DNA of 64,000 nucleotides from Eledone cirrhosa (lineage: Eukaryota). The stretch covers positions 226,734,001-226,798,000 of the forward strand of contig OZ024742.1 in NCBI GenBank assembly GCA_964016885.1, in the 5' to 3' direction. The notes beneath the pieces were generated by a model, which had not been told where the DNA came from, did no database searches, and worked only from the letters and a program-made list of their open reading frames with translations. Every line of letters begins with the position of its first letter. The stretch's first letter is position 1. This document shows positions 12,896-26,958 of this stretch, piece after piece. The position numbers and the translations under genes are program-made.

Positions 12896-14725
12896 TTAGC
12901 CATCGGGCTTTAACACTGGCTTAAAGTGTTTGAATGTTGCAAAGTTCTTGTGCATGCAGTTCGGGCAGTGTTCAGAGAGTTTGTTCAGTAGCGGGCCCTT
13001 GGCGAATAAAATTTCGTAGCTCTCTGAAATACAAAGGTCGCAGCCCTTGTGTCCTCCGTTGTAAGAGCGCGCTTTCTGGAGTATTTTCCAATTAAGCGTG
13101 AAGGGGTGGAGTTCCTTTTGAGGTCCCAAACGTAGGAGGCGAGTGTTGTTTGATTTGATTTATCCGGTCTTCTGAAGGAGTGGGTATGGGCATACCAACG
13201 GGTCTTAAAGTTGTTGGAGGTCATGCCGATGTAAGTTTTTTTGCAATCCTCGGTGCCCGAGATGACATCGCATTTATATACGATGTCATTTGTGAGGCAT
13301 TTGTTTTCTAGTGGGCATGCTTCCTTATTTAGGCAATTACATAGAGCCCCAGTCCGGGGATTGGTTTCGGAGGTGGTTGGCTTATTTAGTTTAGAGTTGT
13401 GGTTGGCTATATTCCTAGCTAGGTTAGGTGTGGTGGAGTAAGACAGTCTTATAGTGTTCTTATTAAAGATGGTGTAGTACCTATGTTGTATGGGGAAGTG
13501 TAATTTCAGTAAAGTGAAGAAAATCCTAGCTATCGGAGTAGATACCTCTCTATTGAAGGGAGGGTTGTACCAGCTAATCTGCCTATGTCTATTCCTCCTC
13601 TGCAATTTTGCGGTGGTTTCTAGGTAAGTTATCTTATCTTTAAATCCGCTACGGGCTAGGGCGTCATTGTAGTAGGAGGCAGATGCATTAAAAATATCTT
13701 TGTTGGCGGAGAGGCCAGATATTCTAATAGAGACGCTTTTTACTAGGTTATCAGTAATGTTTTGGGGGTGGTTTGAATTAACATTAATATATTTAAGGGA
13801 CTCGTTAGGTTTGTGGTACGGGTAATAGAGGGAAGTATCTAGGTCGAGAGTGACATCTAAGAAGTTGGCCCTAGTCAAATTAGAATCTATAGTTATACTA
13901 AATCCTAGATTAGAGAAGAAGGAGCTTAAGTTTTTCCGAAACCCATCGGTGGTTCTGGGGCTAACCTTATGCAGGGCGAAGAGGCCGTCGTCTCGGTATA
14001 AACCTCCAGTTAGGCCGGTAAAGAGGTTCTTCAGGTTATGTAGGATGTACAGGCCCACAAGGTCGCTAATTTCAGCCGAGTCACTCGCCCCCATGCTAAC
14101 GTCAAATGGGGTCTGAGATTTCTTGTTGATCCAGTAAGATCCATCGTGGTATAGAAAGGTCTTACGAGCGTGGAGGATAATAACTTGCTCGGCATCGGTA
14201 ATGGTGGTAAAATTCCTGGCAAAGTTAATTGCGTCCTTCAGGAGGGGCTCCGAGATAGAGGCATAGTAGTTTTCTATGTCGAGTTGCAGGAAGCGAGTGT
14301 GGTGTTTATCGGGTAATTCTTGGAACCATGATATTGCCTCAGATGTTCTACTCCAGAGTGGAAGTGGTGAGGCTGCCCGCAATAATGGTAGAACTCTATC
14401 CAGGATCTTCTTACTGATAGAGCCGATGTCAGAACGAGTGGGGTTGATAAGTCTGACTGATGGTTTGTTGAGGAAATTTCCCTTATGGTCCTTCAGGGTA
14501 AAGTGCGGGGTCTTTACCCTTAAAGGTTCGGTTCGGTCATGTAATTTAAGGGACTTGGCGATTTCTTTTCCGGCCGCGTTTGTCTCAGTCAGCGCCCTCT
14601 CTATTACCTTTTTGTAGGTGGTCGTGATGGTATTTTTTGCCAGCTTATTGTAGGTCTGTGGGTCTACCTCATAAACGTTTTTGGTTTTATCGGAGGAGAC
14701 ATAAAGATTAGGGGATTTTTTTATA
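12896..14725 (-). mobile_element. Penelope-like element, Naiad-type: reverse transcriptase + GIY-YIG ORF, 5'-truncated, one frameshift near 13120
   Basis: The frame continues upstream of the called ORF (YVSSDKTKNVYE; TLKDHK; VRLINP). Motifs QLDIENYY, FDVSMGASDSAEISDLVG, GLYRDDGL, WYNPPF, CNC..CPL..CL, IVYKC..YIGMT, CDLC. DKT instead of DKG fits the Naiad clade as I recall it. Confidence 0.92.
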
Positions 14726-15372
14726 TGAATATATATTTATATATATTTATATATTTTTTTATATATGTGTGTGTGTTTTTATGTGTGTATATGTGTTTGT
14801 GTGTGTGTTTATGGTTGCGCGTAAGTGTGTGAGTGAGTTTGTGTGTTTTTTTGTTTTTTATGTGTGTTTTTTTGTTTTTCTGTTTTTTTGTTTTTTTGTT
14901 TTTTTGTGAATGTGTCTGTTGATTTTTGGCATATTGTTGATTAGTTTAAGAGAAGTTCGAAGATAATAGTAAGATATGCACTCAGTATTTTGAATCTGTC
15001 TGCAGAATTCTCTAGACCTTGGTCACTTGGTAGAACCTTAATGACTTTAGCTTTTGAAGAATCTCCCTTTTCTTTAATTCTATCGAGCATGACTTACCCC
15101 CCACTGATTTTATAGACACCTGTTAGCTTAAGAGAAACTTATTGACAAGGAATGGTATGCCATCCGGAACCTGTTTATAGAATTCTCTCTGCCTTTGTTA
15201 CTCTAAACACATAAATAAATATAAATAAAAATAAAAATTAACTATAGCTTTGCAGAACTAGCTTTTAATGAATTCCCTTTTCTATCAACCAATGACCTGC
15301 ACCCATCCCACTCCCCACCCTCTCCTACCACTTGTAGAGACCTATAAATACCATATTTATTTTTTGATACCC

Positions 15373-15423
15373 AGATTCCTGATGATTTCTAATGAATGAA
15401 ACAGTTCTAGTCCTGTAGAATCT
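15373..15423 (+). ncRNA. Type I hammerhead ribozyme
   Basis: agauuc CUGAUGA uuuc uaau gaau GAAA CAG uucuaguc CUG UA gaaucu. Followed by the stem-loop at 15445-15463 and (TA)n. Confidence 0.9.
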
Positions 15424-15505
15424 CATCTATATTAAAACTGTTATACTCTGCTATGTATTGAGTACCTTACTTACTGTGGTTACCTCCAATTCAACCCGGA
15501 ACAAC

Positions 15506-15558
<53 letters not shown>

Positions 15559-15559
15559 C

Positions 15560-18500
15560 CATCATCATCATCATAGTTTAACGTCCATTTTCCATGCTAG
15601 CATGGGTCTGGACGGGAGTTTTCCCACTTGAGGCAAGAGTGGTTGTCTTGCTCGCATAGGACTGTCAGGTGGGTTTTCTACGGCTGGATGCCCTTCCTAA
15701 AACCAACCACGTTTACAGTGTGGACGGACTGGGAGGTTTTTACCGTGTTACCTACACGGCCACATTACAGCGTGGACTATGTGTTTTATCGTCGTGACAC
15801 CTACACGTCTGGTGCGTTTTCTACGGCTGGGTGCCCTTCCCAACACCAACCACGTTTACAGTGTGTACTGGGAGGTTTCTACCGTGTTACGTACACGGCA
15901 ACATTACAGCGTGGACTGTGTTTTTTTTTTTTGTCGTGACACCTACACGACCTCATTTGTTTCGGAGTGGATGTTGTGGTACCAACATAACTTTACATTT
16001 AAGGGGCTGGTGTGGATGGGGTGGGGGTAGTGGGACAGGGTGTATTTTGTTAGAGTGCCTACTGACTGTAGGTTTCGCTTTGTACTTAGGTAAGGCGGGT
16101 CTTCTGTATAACTGTGTAGCGCCAAAGATCTCGGTCCAGTGACATTGTCTTGGAGAGGTGTAAGTGTGTGAGGTCGGAATTTATCAAGTCGTCCCAGGTT
16201 TTTCTGGGTCTGCCTACTCCGTGGCTACCGTCTATTTTTATCGCCCTGCACTTTTTTATACAGCTGTCGTCTTTCATGCGCATCACGTGATCGTACCAAC
16301 ATAGTCTTCTCTCGAGTAAACAACATCTGATCCCTCTTATTCCTAATTTCTCCCTTAGTTCGTTTATGCTTTGCGTTCACGTATATTACTATTACACATC
16401 CAGCGGAGCATGCAAGCTTCGTTCCTCTCCAGTCTGCGTATATCCTCTGCACACAATGCCCAGGTCTCACCGTCATGTAACATTGCTGTTCGTATGCAGG
16501 CATCATACAGCCTGCCTTTCATTTTTAGAGAGAACCCTTTAGCGGCCAATAGTGGTATAAGCTCTCTGAACTTTTTCCACCCCGTTCTGACTCTAGCTAC
16601 TGTACTTTCAGAGCACCCTCCCCCACTGCTGATTTTGTCACCCAAGTAACGGAAGCTGTCCACTATTTCTATATAACCATCTGTGCAATGGAATGAGCTA
16701 GTATTCTGTGGGCACTTGCTGCTACTTATTGCACCAAGCACCGGCCACATATAAAATCTATATTCTTTGTTAGCTTACCTGTGATCCCATTACATCATTT
16801 ATGCACCCATACTTTGCACTTGGGACATAAAATGGAGTTTCTACCTACGCCTTTCCTACACACTGAGCATGGCCATTTCCCAGATGGGACCGGTGCCCTA
16901 TTTTCCTTCCTACAAACTAGAATTTAGTCTTAGAAAAGTTAACTTTAAGGCCTTTTGATTCTAGGCCATGCTTCCATGTTTGGAATTTCTTCTCTAGTTC
17001 AGCCATTGATTCAGTTATGAGCGTTAGATCATCTGCATATAGGAGTTTCCATGGGCAGCCGGTCTTGAACTCCTCTGTTATAGCCTGAAGGGCAATAATA
17101 AATAGTAGGGGGCTAAGGACGGAGCCCTGATGAACACCAACCTTTACGCTAAAGTCTTCACTATATTCGTTGTTAATTCTAACCTTGCTGACTGTTTCTT
17201 TATACATGGCTTGTATAGCTCTCACAAGCCATTCATCAACACCTAGATTTCTAAGGGCCCACCAGATAATCGAGCGGGGTACTCTGTCAAAGGCTTTCTC
17301 CAAGTCAACAAAGGCTAAGTATAGGGGTTTACTTTTAGCTAGGTACTTCTCCTGTAGTTGTCGTACAATGAAGAGAGCGTCTGTTGTACTTTTACCTGAC
17401 ACAAACCCGAACTGCATTTCGTCTAGATCAATTCGCTCTCTGATTAGTTGCGCTATTACTTTTTCTGTGACCTTCATGACCTGGTCAATTAATTTAATGC
17501 CTCTATAGTTTCCCCTATCTAGGGCATCACCTTTACCCTTGTAGCAGTTAATGATGATGCTGCTACGCCAGTCCTTCGGAACGACCCCATCCTGTATGAC
17601 TTGGTTTACTATCCGAGTGACCATAGTGTGTCCCACCGTTCCAGATGCTTTCAGCATTTCAGCAACTATTTCCGAAGGCCCGGTCGCCTTGCCTGTCTTC
17701 ATGTCTTTGATCGCTTTACTTATTATACTACCTTCAACTTGCACTGCTGGTCCCTCTATTGGGTCGATGTGGGGGAGACTGTCTTTCTCCCAATTATTCT
17801 CCTCATTTAGTAGCCTTTCGTAGTGACACTTCCAAGCTACCTTCTTATCAGCGTCAGTGATGTCAAGTACACCATCATCATTAAGGAGACACTTCTCCCC
17901 GACAATATCACTGTTTTCCTTGACACATTGCCTAGCAATCCTGAACACCTCACGTTTTTTGGTCCTCGCGTTGTAGAACATGCTTGAACTTTCTTTCCTC
18001 TGCTTCCCTTCTTGCGAAGTACACTTGTCTCCTAGCTTCCCTCCTGGCCACTTGATAGTCTTCTCTACTTCCCCCATCCCGCCATGCTTTCCAAGCCTGC
18101 TTTTTGGTCTTGATTGACCCCTCCACCTTACTGTTCCACCACCAAGTTACTCTCCTCCTGCCTATAGGTCTGCTCCAGACACAGGTTTTATCTGTCGCCT
18201 TCAGCAGGTTAGCTTTCAGGAATTCCCACTGTTCCTCTATATTGTACAACTCTAATTGCTCTTCCTTACTATCAAAAGCATCAAGTAATATGCTTTTAAA
18301 TTTATTATGGCTGTGGGGTCTTTTAACTTCCATATTTTTCTCCTGAGGATAGTCCTCTTCTGTTGTCGAGTACGTCTCGTCCTGACTATGAGGTCGCTAA
18401 TTATGAGTCTATGTTGAGAGGTGCATTCTTCATGGGGGAGGGATTTAGTGTTTACAACAAACACTCTGTCACGTCTCCTGGTAATGATATAATCTACCTG

Positions 18501-19480
18501 GCTTGTGTGTTCCCCCGATCTATAGGGGATCAAGTGATTGTCTCGTTTTTTTGAAGTTAGTGTTACAGATAGTTAGGTTATTTGCGTCACAGAATTCCAG
18601 GATTCTGGAGCCTTCCTCATTTCTAGTACCAAACCCATAGCCTCCATGGATTCCGTCATAGCCGTCACAATGTTGTCCAACGTGACCATTTAGGTCGCCA
18701 GCGATAACTATGTAGTCACTGTCGGTTATTTGGGAGGTAGTGAGCATCAATGTCTCATAGAATCTGTCTTTTATAACGCCAGGCAGTCCGGATTGTGGTG
18801 CATATGCAGATATTATTGTCACACTAGTTCTATTGAGGACAAGTCTTATTTTAATTATTCTATCGTTCACTCTATTTACGTCTATTATCTTATCTGCCCA
18901 CTTTTCTGCTACCATGATTCCTACCCCACCCAGCCCATTGTCATTTCCCACCCAGAAAAGCTTATAACATCGTTCTTTACCCTCAATGAATCTAGCAGAC
19001 CCACCCCTCCAACTGGTCTCTTGAATACAACAAACATCGACCTCCTTACGTTTAAGCATTTCTACAACCTCGTTAGAGCGACCCTTTAAGGTGCCTACAT
19101 TCATGGTACCAACTCTGAAGTTTTGGATTGCGTTTGGAGGGTGGGAGCGGTGAGGCGCAGGGGGGGGGGGGGGGGGGGGCTTATGTTAGCCATCGGCGGT
19201 CGAAACGAGGAGGAGTCCTTGCATTCTCGTCCGGCAGCATGAGGTGAATTTGTCTTTATCTTTGGCATTGTCGCTGAGCGTCCAGATTTTTTTCTTTTCA
19301 AACTCTCCAGAATTCCGTAGTCCATCCATCATATCGAAAGGCAACCAGGTAACTGATAGCATAGGCCGCTGACTTATGATTGGCCCACGTAATAATGGTG
19401 GTGCGTGGGGGCGGGTGGGAGTGATATGGGGTAGTTAGCGAGAAGGTTAAGGTTTAAATAAGGCATAATTTAACAAGCAT
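15560..19480 (-). mobile_element. Near full-length RTE-clade LINE (APE endonuclease + RT with PHD-like insertion), frameshifted
   Basis: NVGTLKGRS..CCIQET..SAYAPQ..GDLNGHVG (APE). NYRGIKL, FVDLEKAFDRVPR, GVHQGSVLSPLLF, LLYADDL (RT). GRPRKTW. (GAT)n tail near 15560. Confidence 0.95.
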
Positions 19481-19584
19481 AAAAAAATACCAAATATATA
19501 TATATATACCAAATATATATATATATATATATATACCAAATATATATATATATATATATATACCAAATATATATATATATATAT

Positions 19585-20620
19585 CATCATCATCATCATC
19601 ATCATCATCATCGTTTAACGTCCATCTTCCACGCTAGCATGGGTTTGGACGGGAGTTTTCCCACTTGAGGCAAGAGTGGTTGTCTCGCTCGCATAGGACT
19701 GTCTGGCGGGTTTTCTACGGCTGGATGCCCTTCCTAACACCAACCACGTTTACAGTGTGGACTGGGAGGTTTTTACCGTGTAACCTACACGGCCACATTA
19801 CAGCGTGGACTGTGTTTTTTTTTTGTCGTGACACCTACACGTCTGGCGGGTTTTCTACGGCTGGGTGCCCTTCCTAACACCAACCACGTTTACTGTGTGG
19901 ACTGGGAGGTTTTTACCATGTAACCTACACGGCCACATTACAGCGTGGACTGTGTTTTTTTTTGTCGTGACACCTACACATCTGGCGGGTTTTCTACGGC
20001 TGGATGCCCTTCCTAACACCAACCACGTTTACAGTGTGGACTGGGAGGTTTTTACCGTGTTACCTACACGGCCACATTACAGCGTGGATTGTGGGTTTTT
20101 TTTGTCGTGACACCTACACGACCTCATTTGTTTCGGACTGGATGTTGTGGTACCAACATAACTTTACATTGAAAGGGGTGGTGTGGATGGGGTGGGGGTA
20201 GTGGGACGGGGGTGTATTTTGTTAGAGATGCCTACTTAGGTAAGGCGGGTCTTCTGTATAACTGTGTAGCGCCAAAGATCTCGGTCCAGTGACATTGTCT
20301 TGGAGAGGTGTAAGTGTGTGAGGTCGGAATTTATCAAGTCGTCCCAGGTTTTTCTGGGTCTGCCTACTCCGTGGCTACCGTCTATTTGTATTGCTCTGCA
20401 CTTTTTTATACAGCTGTCGTCTTTCATGCGCATCACGTGACCATACCAACATAGTCTTCTCTCGAGTAAACAACATCTGATCCCTCTTATTTCTAATTTT
20501 TCCCTTAGTTCGTTTATGCTTTGCCGTTCACGTATATTACTATTACACATCCAGCGGAGCATGCAAGCTTCGTTCCTCTCCAGTCTGCGTATATCCTCTG
20601 CACACAATGCCCAGGTCTTC
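19585..20620 (-). mobile_element. 5'-truncated copy of the same RTE LINE, 3' UTR with three ~140-bp repeats
   Basis: Near-identical to 15560-16470. (GAT)n tail at about 19585-19612. Confidence 0.93.
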
Positions 20621-20759
20621 AGAGGCATATATATATATATATACCAAATATATATATATATATATATATACCAAATATATATATATATATACCAAATATA
20701 TATATATATATATACCAAATATATATATATATATATGTATACCAAATATATATATATAC

Positions 20760-20793
<34 letters not shown>

Positions 20794-20820
20794 AAATATA
20801 TATATATATATATATAGCAA

Positions 20821-20853
<33 letters not shown>

Positions 20854-21073
20854 TAAACATATATATACATATATATATACATATATATATATGTGTGTAT
20901 GTATAGATACATGAATCTGTATACTCACACAAACACACACTCATATACATAGATATATGTTAAAATTTGGTACCTGTAAAAATTACACGATATCACCACA
21001 AGTAAAACTTTGAAAATTACATTTTTGAAAAGCTCAATAGAGCAGAAACCGGTTAGTAGAAAACAAATGAGAT

Positions 21074-21255
21074 AATAATTGTTTCTACTTTAGGCACAAG
21101 GCCAGCAATTATTCCAGTGCATTACTGGTACTTTATTTTATCGACCCCGTAAGGATGAAAGGCAAAGTCAACCTCGGCGGGATTTGAACTCAGATCGTAA
21201 AGGGACGTAACTATGCTGGAAAGCATGGCGTCCGACCCTCTACCGATACTGCCAA
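21074..21255 (-). mobile_element. tRNA-derived SINE
   Basis: A box, B box and conserved core as at 28051. Confidence 0.88.
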
Positions 21256-22611
21256 ATAATGTTTGTTTCTGCAAACCGTTTTTTTTTTAATGATATAATT
21301 TATTTTTTAAGAACTAATTTCTTCAAATTCACTGGGGTCGATTTAATAGGCTTTCTCCTGCCCTACAAATTGCTGGCCTTATGCTTAAAATGGAAACAAT
21401 TATTATTGTTGTTGTTGTTATTTTCCCTATATATATTTATGTGTGTATGTGTACGTATGTGTGTGTGTATGCGAAAATTAAATGGAAAACAACGCAGCAA
21501 CCGATACAGTACATATATATATATTAGTTTAACGCTTGATATACTAGGAAAAGAGTGTTAGCGTTTCGGACGCTAGTCTTTCATCGGTAAAATGAGAAAT
21601 AAAAGAAATAGAAAGATAGAGGAGTGTTACAAAAGGAAGAAACAGAAAAAAATTGTATGTGTGTATGTTTCTGTGTGTGTTTGTGTGTGTGTGTGTGTAT
21701 GTGTGCGCATGTGTGTATTTGTATGTTTTTGTGTGAGTGTGTGTATGTGTCTGTCTCTCTGTATCTGTGTGTATATGCGTGATTGTGCGTGTACTTGTGT
21801 GTGTATGTGTGTGTGAATGTGTATGTACGTGTGCATGTGTGTGTGTGTTTATGCGTGTGTGTGTGTGTGTGTGTGCATGTGTTTGTACATGTATGTCTGC
21901 ATGTGTGAGTGTATGTGTATGTACGTGTGCATGTGTGTGTATGTGTGCATGTGTGTGTATGTCTATGTACGTGTGCATGTGTGTGTATATGAGTGTGTAT
22001 GTGCGTGTGTGCATGTGTGCATGTGTGCATGTGTGTGTGTGTGTGTTGTCTCTCCAATATTGATGTTCCTATTTATGAAATTCCTCACAAGAATTTAACA
22101 CGATTTTTATTTCTATTTCTGAAAGAGAAATCATTTCCTTACCTAACAAGTTTTATTTACCCCCCCCCCTCTCTCACTCCCTTTATCCCCCACTTTCTCC
22201 CCTCATCTCTTTCTCTTGTTATCTCCTATTTTACGCCTCTCTCTCTCCATCTTCACATATATATTCTTTTAATGGTTTCAGTCATTAAACTGTGGTCATG
22301 CTGAGGCACCGCCTTCATTTAGTCAATCATATCAACCCAAATATTTAATTCTTTTCGTGTCTAGTACTTATTTTTGTCGAACTGTTAAGTTCCGCGACAC
22401 AAATACAGATACAAACATGAATATAGAGATGGATACACTTATATGCACACATACACATGCACGCACACACACACGCACACATACAGAGACACGCACTCAC
22501 ACACGCACTCACACACGCACTCACACACAGTCACGCACACACGCGCGCACTCACACACATGCACGCGCGCACACTCATATACACACACACACATATATAT
22601 ATATATATGTC

Positions 22612-22664
<53 letters not shown>

Positions 22665-22825
22665 GAGGCTGTGTATGTGTATATACGCCAAAAGTAAACG
22701 GAAAACAACACACCTGACAATACAATACAATGAAGATAATATATATATATATTGTCTTCAAGCGTTATGTCCTTGAGCAAGACACTTTATTTCACGTTGC
22801 TCCTTCTACCTGGAGTTGCGACCGA

Positions 22826-24828
22826 TATTTCTGGACTAAATTAGAATTTTTTAGCGTGGTAATAAATAGCCGGGGGTAATTCCTTATATGGGAAGATTGT
22901 AGTTGTCAATGGGATTGGTCAAAATTTCTTGTAAACACAATTAAATCTTTCATGGCAGTGGGTGGGGTGGCTGAACTTGCCTGTAGAACAATGAGGGAGT
23001 GGGTGGAGCCAGTCAAGCGTTGAAAGTGAATTCTATACAGCAAATTCTAAGGAGTGTGTATGAAATTAGGCTAGTTAGGAAGCAGGCGAAAAAGGATACT
23101 GAGAGTGGGACGTTATAGAATTAAAAGGTTAATAAATGGAGATTAAAAGATAATAAAATAAATAAATAAATAAATAAATTAATTAATTAATTAATTAAAT
23201 AATAAAATTAAATAGTAAAAATAAAAAAAAATCTCTAGAGTCTAAAGCAGTTGCTATATTTTTAGCTGGTATTGCGTTTTCGGTCAATGCTATATATAAT
23301 TTACTGGGGTGGGGGTACTGAGGTTACAAAAGCCCGATCGGCTGCCTTTGGGTAGGCGAAAGAGGAAAAAGGAAAAGGAAGAGGAGAGGAAGTGGAAGGA
23401 AGTGATAAGAAGAGATAAAAAGAAGAAAAGAAAAAGAAAAAGTAAAGACGTACATCTACCTATCAAACTCTCCTACAGTACCACACCCAACTTCGCACTA
23501 AACATCGCCTCCTCAAACAACAAGAAACTCAACGCCTATGGAAGAAACAACCTAGCCATTAGGGGAGAGCCGACCAGGAGGTGTAACTGCCCTGATAGAT
23601 CTACGTTCCCCCTCAACAACAGATGCCGAGAACGTAACGTGATCTACCAATGCAACGTGAGGACGGAAACCTCCAACAAAGCCTATATAGGATTAACCGC
23701 TTGCGATTACAAGACCCGACTCTACCAACACCGACATACGTTCCGAAACCCAGCCCGGCAACATGCCACGACACTTTCGGGCCACATCTGAGACCTCCAA
23801 GATAACAACATAACATATAATCTTACCTGTAGCTTACTGTCCAAGGCTAACTCCTACACGGGAGGACGCCGTCAGTGTAACTTATGCTCGGAGGAAACAT
23901 TACAAATGCTGTTTACGAAGGACCAACTCCTAAACAAAAAAGACGAACTTGTAACTGCATATAAACACCGATTGCATAGGACTTACCTCGCCCTGAAACC
24001 CCCTCATGACCCGGGTGGCTAGACAATGGCTGCAACATCCTTCTTTTCCCCATTTGCCGAACAAGATAGGGGAAACCCCAGCATACATAGGTAGATGTAC
24101 TCTTTTTCATTTTCTTTTTCTTTTCTTCTTCCCTTTATCTTTTCTTATCAATTCCTTCTACTCCCTCTCCTCTTCCTTTTTCCTTTTTCCTCTTTCGCCT
24201 ACCCCAAGGCAGCCCATCGGGCTTTTGTAGCCTCAGTACACCCACCCCAGTAAATTATATATAGCATTGGCCGAAAACGCAATACCAGCTAAAAATATAG
24301 CAACTGCTTTAGACTCTAGAGATGTTCTTATTATTTTTACTATTTAATTTTTTTAATTTATTATCTTTTAATCTCCATTTAATAACCTTTTAATTCTATA
24401 ACATCCCATTCTCAGTATCCTTTTTCGCCTGCTTCCTAACTAGCCTAATTTCATACACACTCCTTAGAATTTGCTGTATAGAATTCACTTTCAACGCTTG
24501 ACCGTCTCCACCCACTCCCTCGTTGTTCTACAGGCAAATTCAGCCACCCCACCCCACCCACTGCCATGCAAGATTTAATTGTGTTTACAAGAAATTTTGA
24601 CCAATCCTTTTAACAACTACAATCTTCCCATATAAGGAATTACACCTTGAAAAGTTCGGCTATTTATTGCCACACTAAAAATTCTAATTTAGTCCAGAAA
24701 TAGCCGTCGAAACGGCTTGAGCTCTGCCGTCGGGGTTAAACATTTTCCTATTACCCACTCTATTACCCTAAGTATTGAGTACTCTGGTGCGTTATGGTCC
24801 ATCTGGTTCCTTACCACACTTCCTTCGT
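22826..24828 (+). mobile_element. Naiad-type PLE family D: inverted pLTR (22826-23462) + GIY-YIG 3' fragment (23460-24008) + pLTR with tail, ending in (TA)n
   Basis: IKLSYSTTPN..CNC..VIYQC..AYIGLT..CNLC..LLNKKDEL. 22826-23462 is reverse-complementary to 24087-24702. Confidence 0.9.
24642..24736 (+). ncRNA. Type I hammerhead ribozyme, U3-A8 variant with long stem II
   Basis: cc UUGAAAA g..cggcuauuu...aaauagccg uc GAAA CGGC uugagcucu GCCG UC gggg. Stem I is short. Confidence 0.7.
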
Positions 24829-24846
24829 TATATATATATATATATA

Positions 24847-25728
<882 letters not shown>

Positions 25729-25742
25729 ATATATATATATAT

Positions 25743-26168
25743 TGCAGAAGATAAGTTGCTTATTCACAGTTGTTATGTTATAACTTCTTGTGGATATGCT
25801 GACTCGAGCGATCCAAAAGCATTTCACCTCAGTAGTTTATCCCACCTAAGAGTTGTTGATTAGGAGTGACTGAGTATTCATTTATCAAATAAGAGTAGTT
25901 AAGACGGGATTATTTCACCACAATTGCTTTATTGCAAGATATATATTTCTGTTACATGGTTACGCATGTGACTACATCATATCCTTACGCCTTCGCAACA
26001 AGATGGTTATACATGGCCAGTAGCATATCCCAATGATTGCATAACTACACCTATGATTGCATAAGAATCTGATGAAGACACATGCATAACCATGTAACAG
26101 AAATATATATATCATGCATTAAAGAAAATATAGTGAAATAATCCCGCCTTATCTACTCTTATTTAATA
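25743..26168. mobile_element. Diverged fold-back element with hammerhead motif at 26069-26113 (+)
   Basis: 25886-25970 is the inverse of 26079-26165. CUGAUGA..acaug/caugu..GAAA UAUAUAUA UC; stem I is weak. Confidence 0.6.
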
Positions 26169-26174
26169 TATATA

Positions 26175-26911
26175 TATGGCGGGTGTTTTCGCGTATGCAC
26201 GTGTATGTACGCATATGGATGCGTGCATGTATGTATTTAATTTTTGTTGATTTCAATTACCTCTGTAATTTATTTACATTATTCTTTACGGGGTCGATAA
26301 AATAAAGTACCAGTAATGCACTGGGTAATTGCTGGCCTTGTGCCTAAAGTAGAAACAATTATTCTTAACTCTGAAGCCGAGAATCATTTCCTAAATAGAA
26401 TTTTAGTCTATTTAGACTTCAGTTATACCATAAACGTGGTTTTGTCTTTGCGTGTAATTGTTCTCAACGCTCCACATAATGACGTATTATCTTCGTTTTT
26501 TCCATTCATTGCCAGAGAACGTCTCCACGAACCACCTAATAGAATATTAGTCTACGACTTCATCTATACCATAAACGAGGTTTTGTCTTTGCGTGTAATT
26601 GTTTTCACCGCTCCAAATAATGACGTATTATCATCGTTTTTTTCGTTCTCTGCCAGGGAACGTTTCCACGAACCAAAGTATCGTCTTCCTGTCTTCCTTC
26701 GGTTGCAATGTTTTTTGAAATATTTACTTCTGCGTTCACAGATTGATTTTTTTAGTTTCAGAAGATCCCGTTAAGGGTGAAAGCAGCTATTCTTTGCTTA
26801 AACTTTAATCTGTTATTTTAATAAATATTTGCTCTACGGTTCTTATATATTTGATATATATTTATCCTTATCGAGCCCTCTTTGGATTTTAGTCTTCAAA
26901 TTTATTATTAT

Positions 26912-26915
<4 letters not shown>
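26175..26915 (+). mobile_element. Family A non-coding PLE end with internal ~143-bp duplication and SINE 3' fragment (26284-26362); hammerhead variant 26754-26804
   Basis: Homologous to 32960-33450. aguuu CAGAAGA u ccc guuaa ggg u GAAA GCA...UGC UU aaacu. Confidence 0.8.

Positions 26916-26958
<43 letters not shown>

Noticed and set aside
19330-19480. HDV-like ribozyme at RTE 5' ends (also ~45480-45545)
   Set aside because: Could not build the nested double pseudoknot by eye.
23789-23791. In-frame TGA in Naiad GIY-YIG as possible selenocysteine
   Set aside because: Aligns with Trp (YVW in the 13-kb copy), so it is a simple TGG>TGA mutation. No Cys>TGA was seen in the Naiad ORFs.
26316-26774. 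Recurrent ORF VLSLR..RERFHEPKY (also 32418, 33124, 33533)
   Set aside because: Repeat-family sequence with indels between copies and no recognisable domain.
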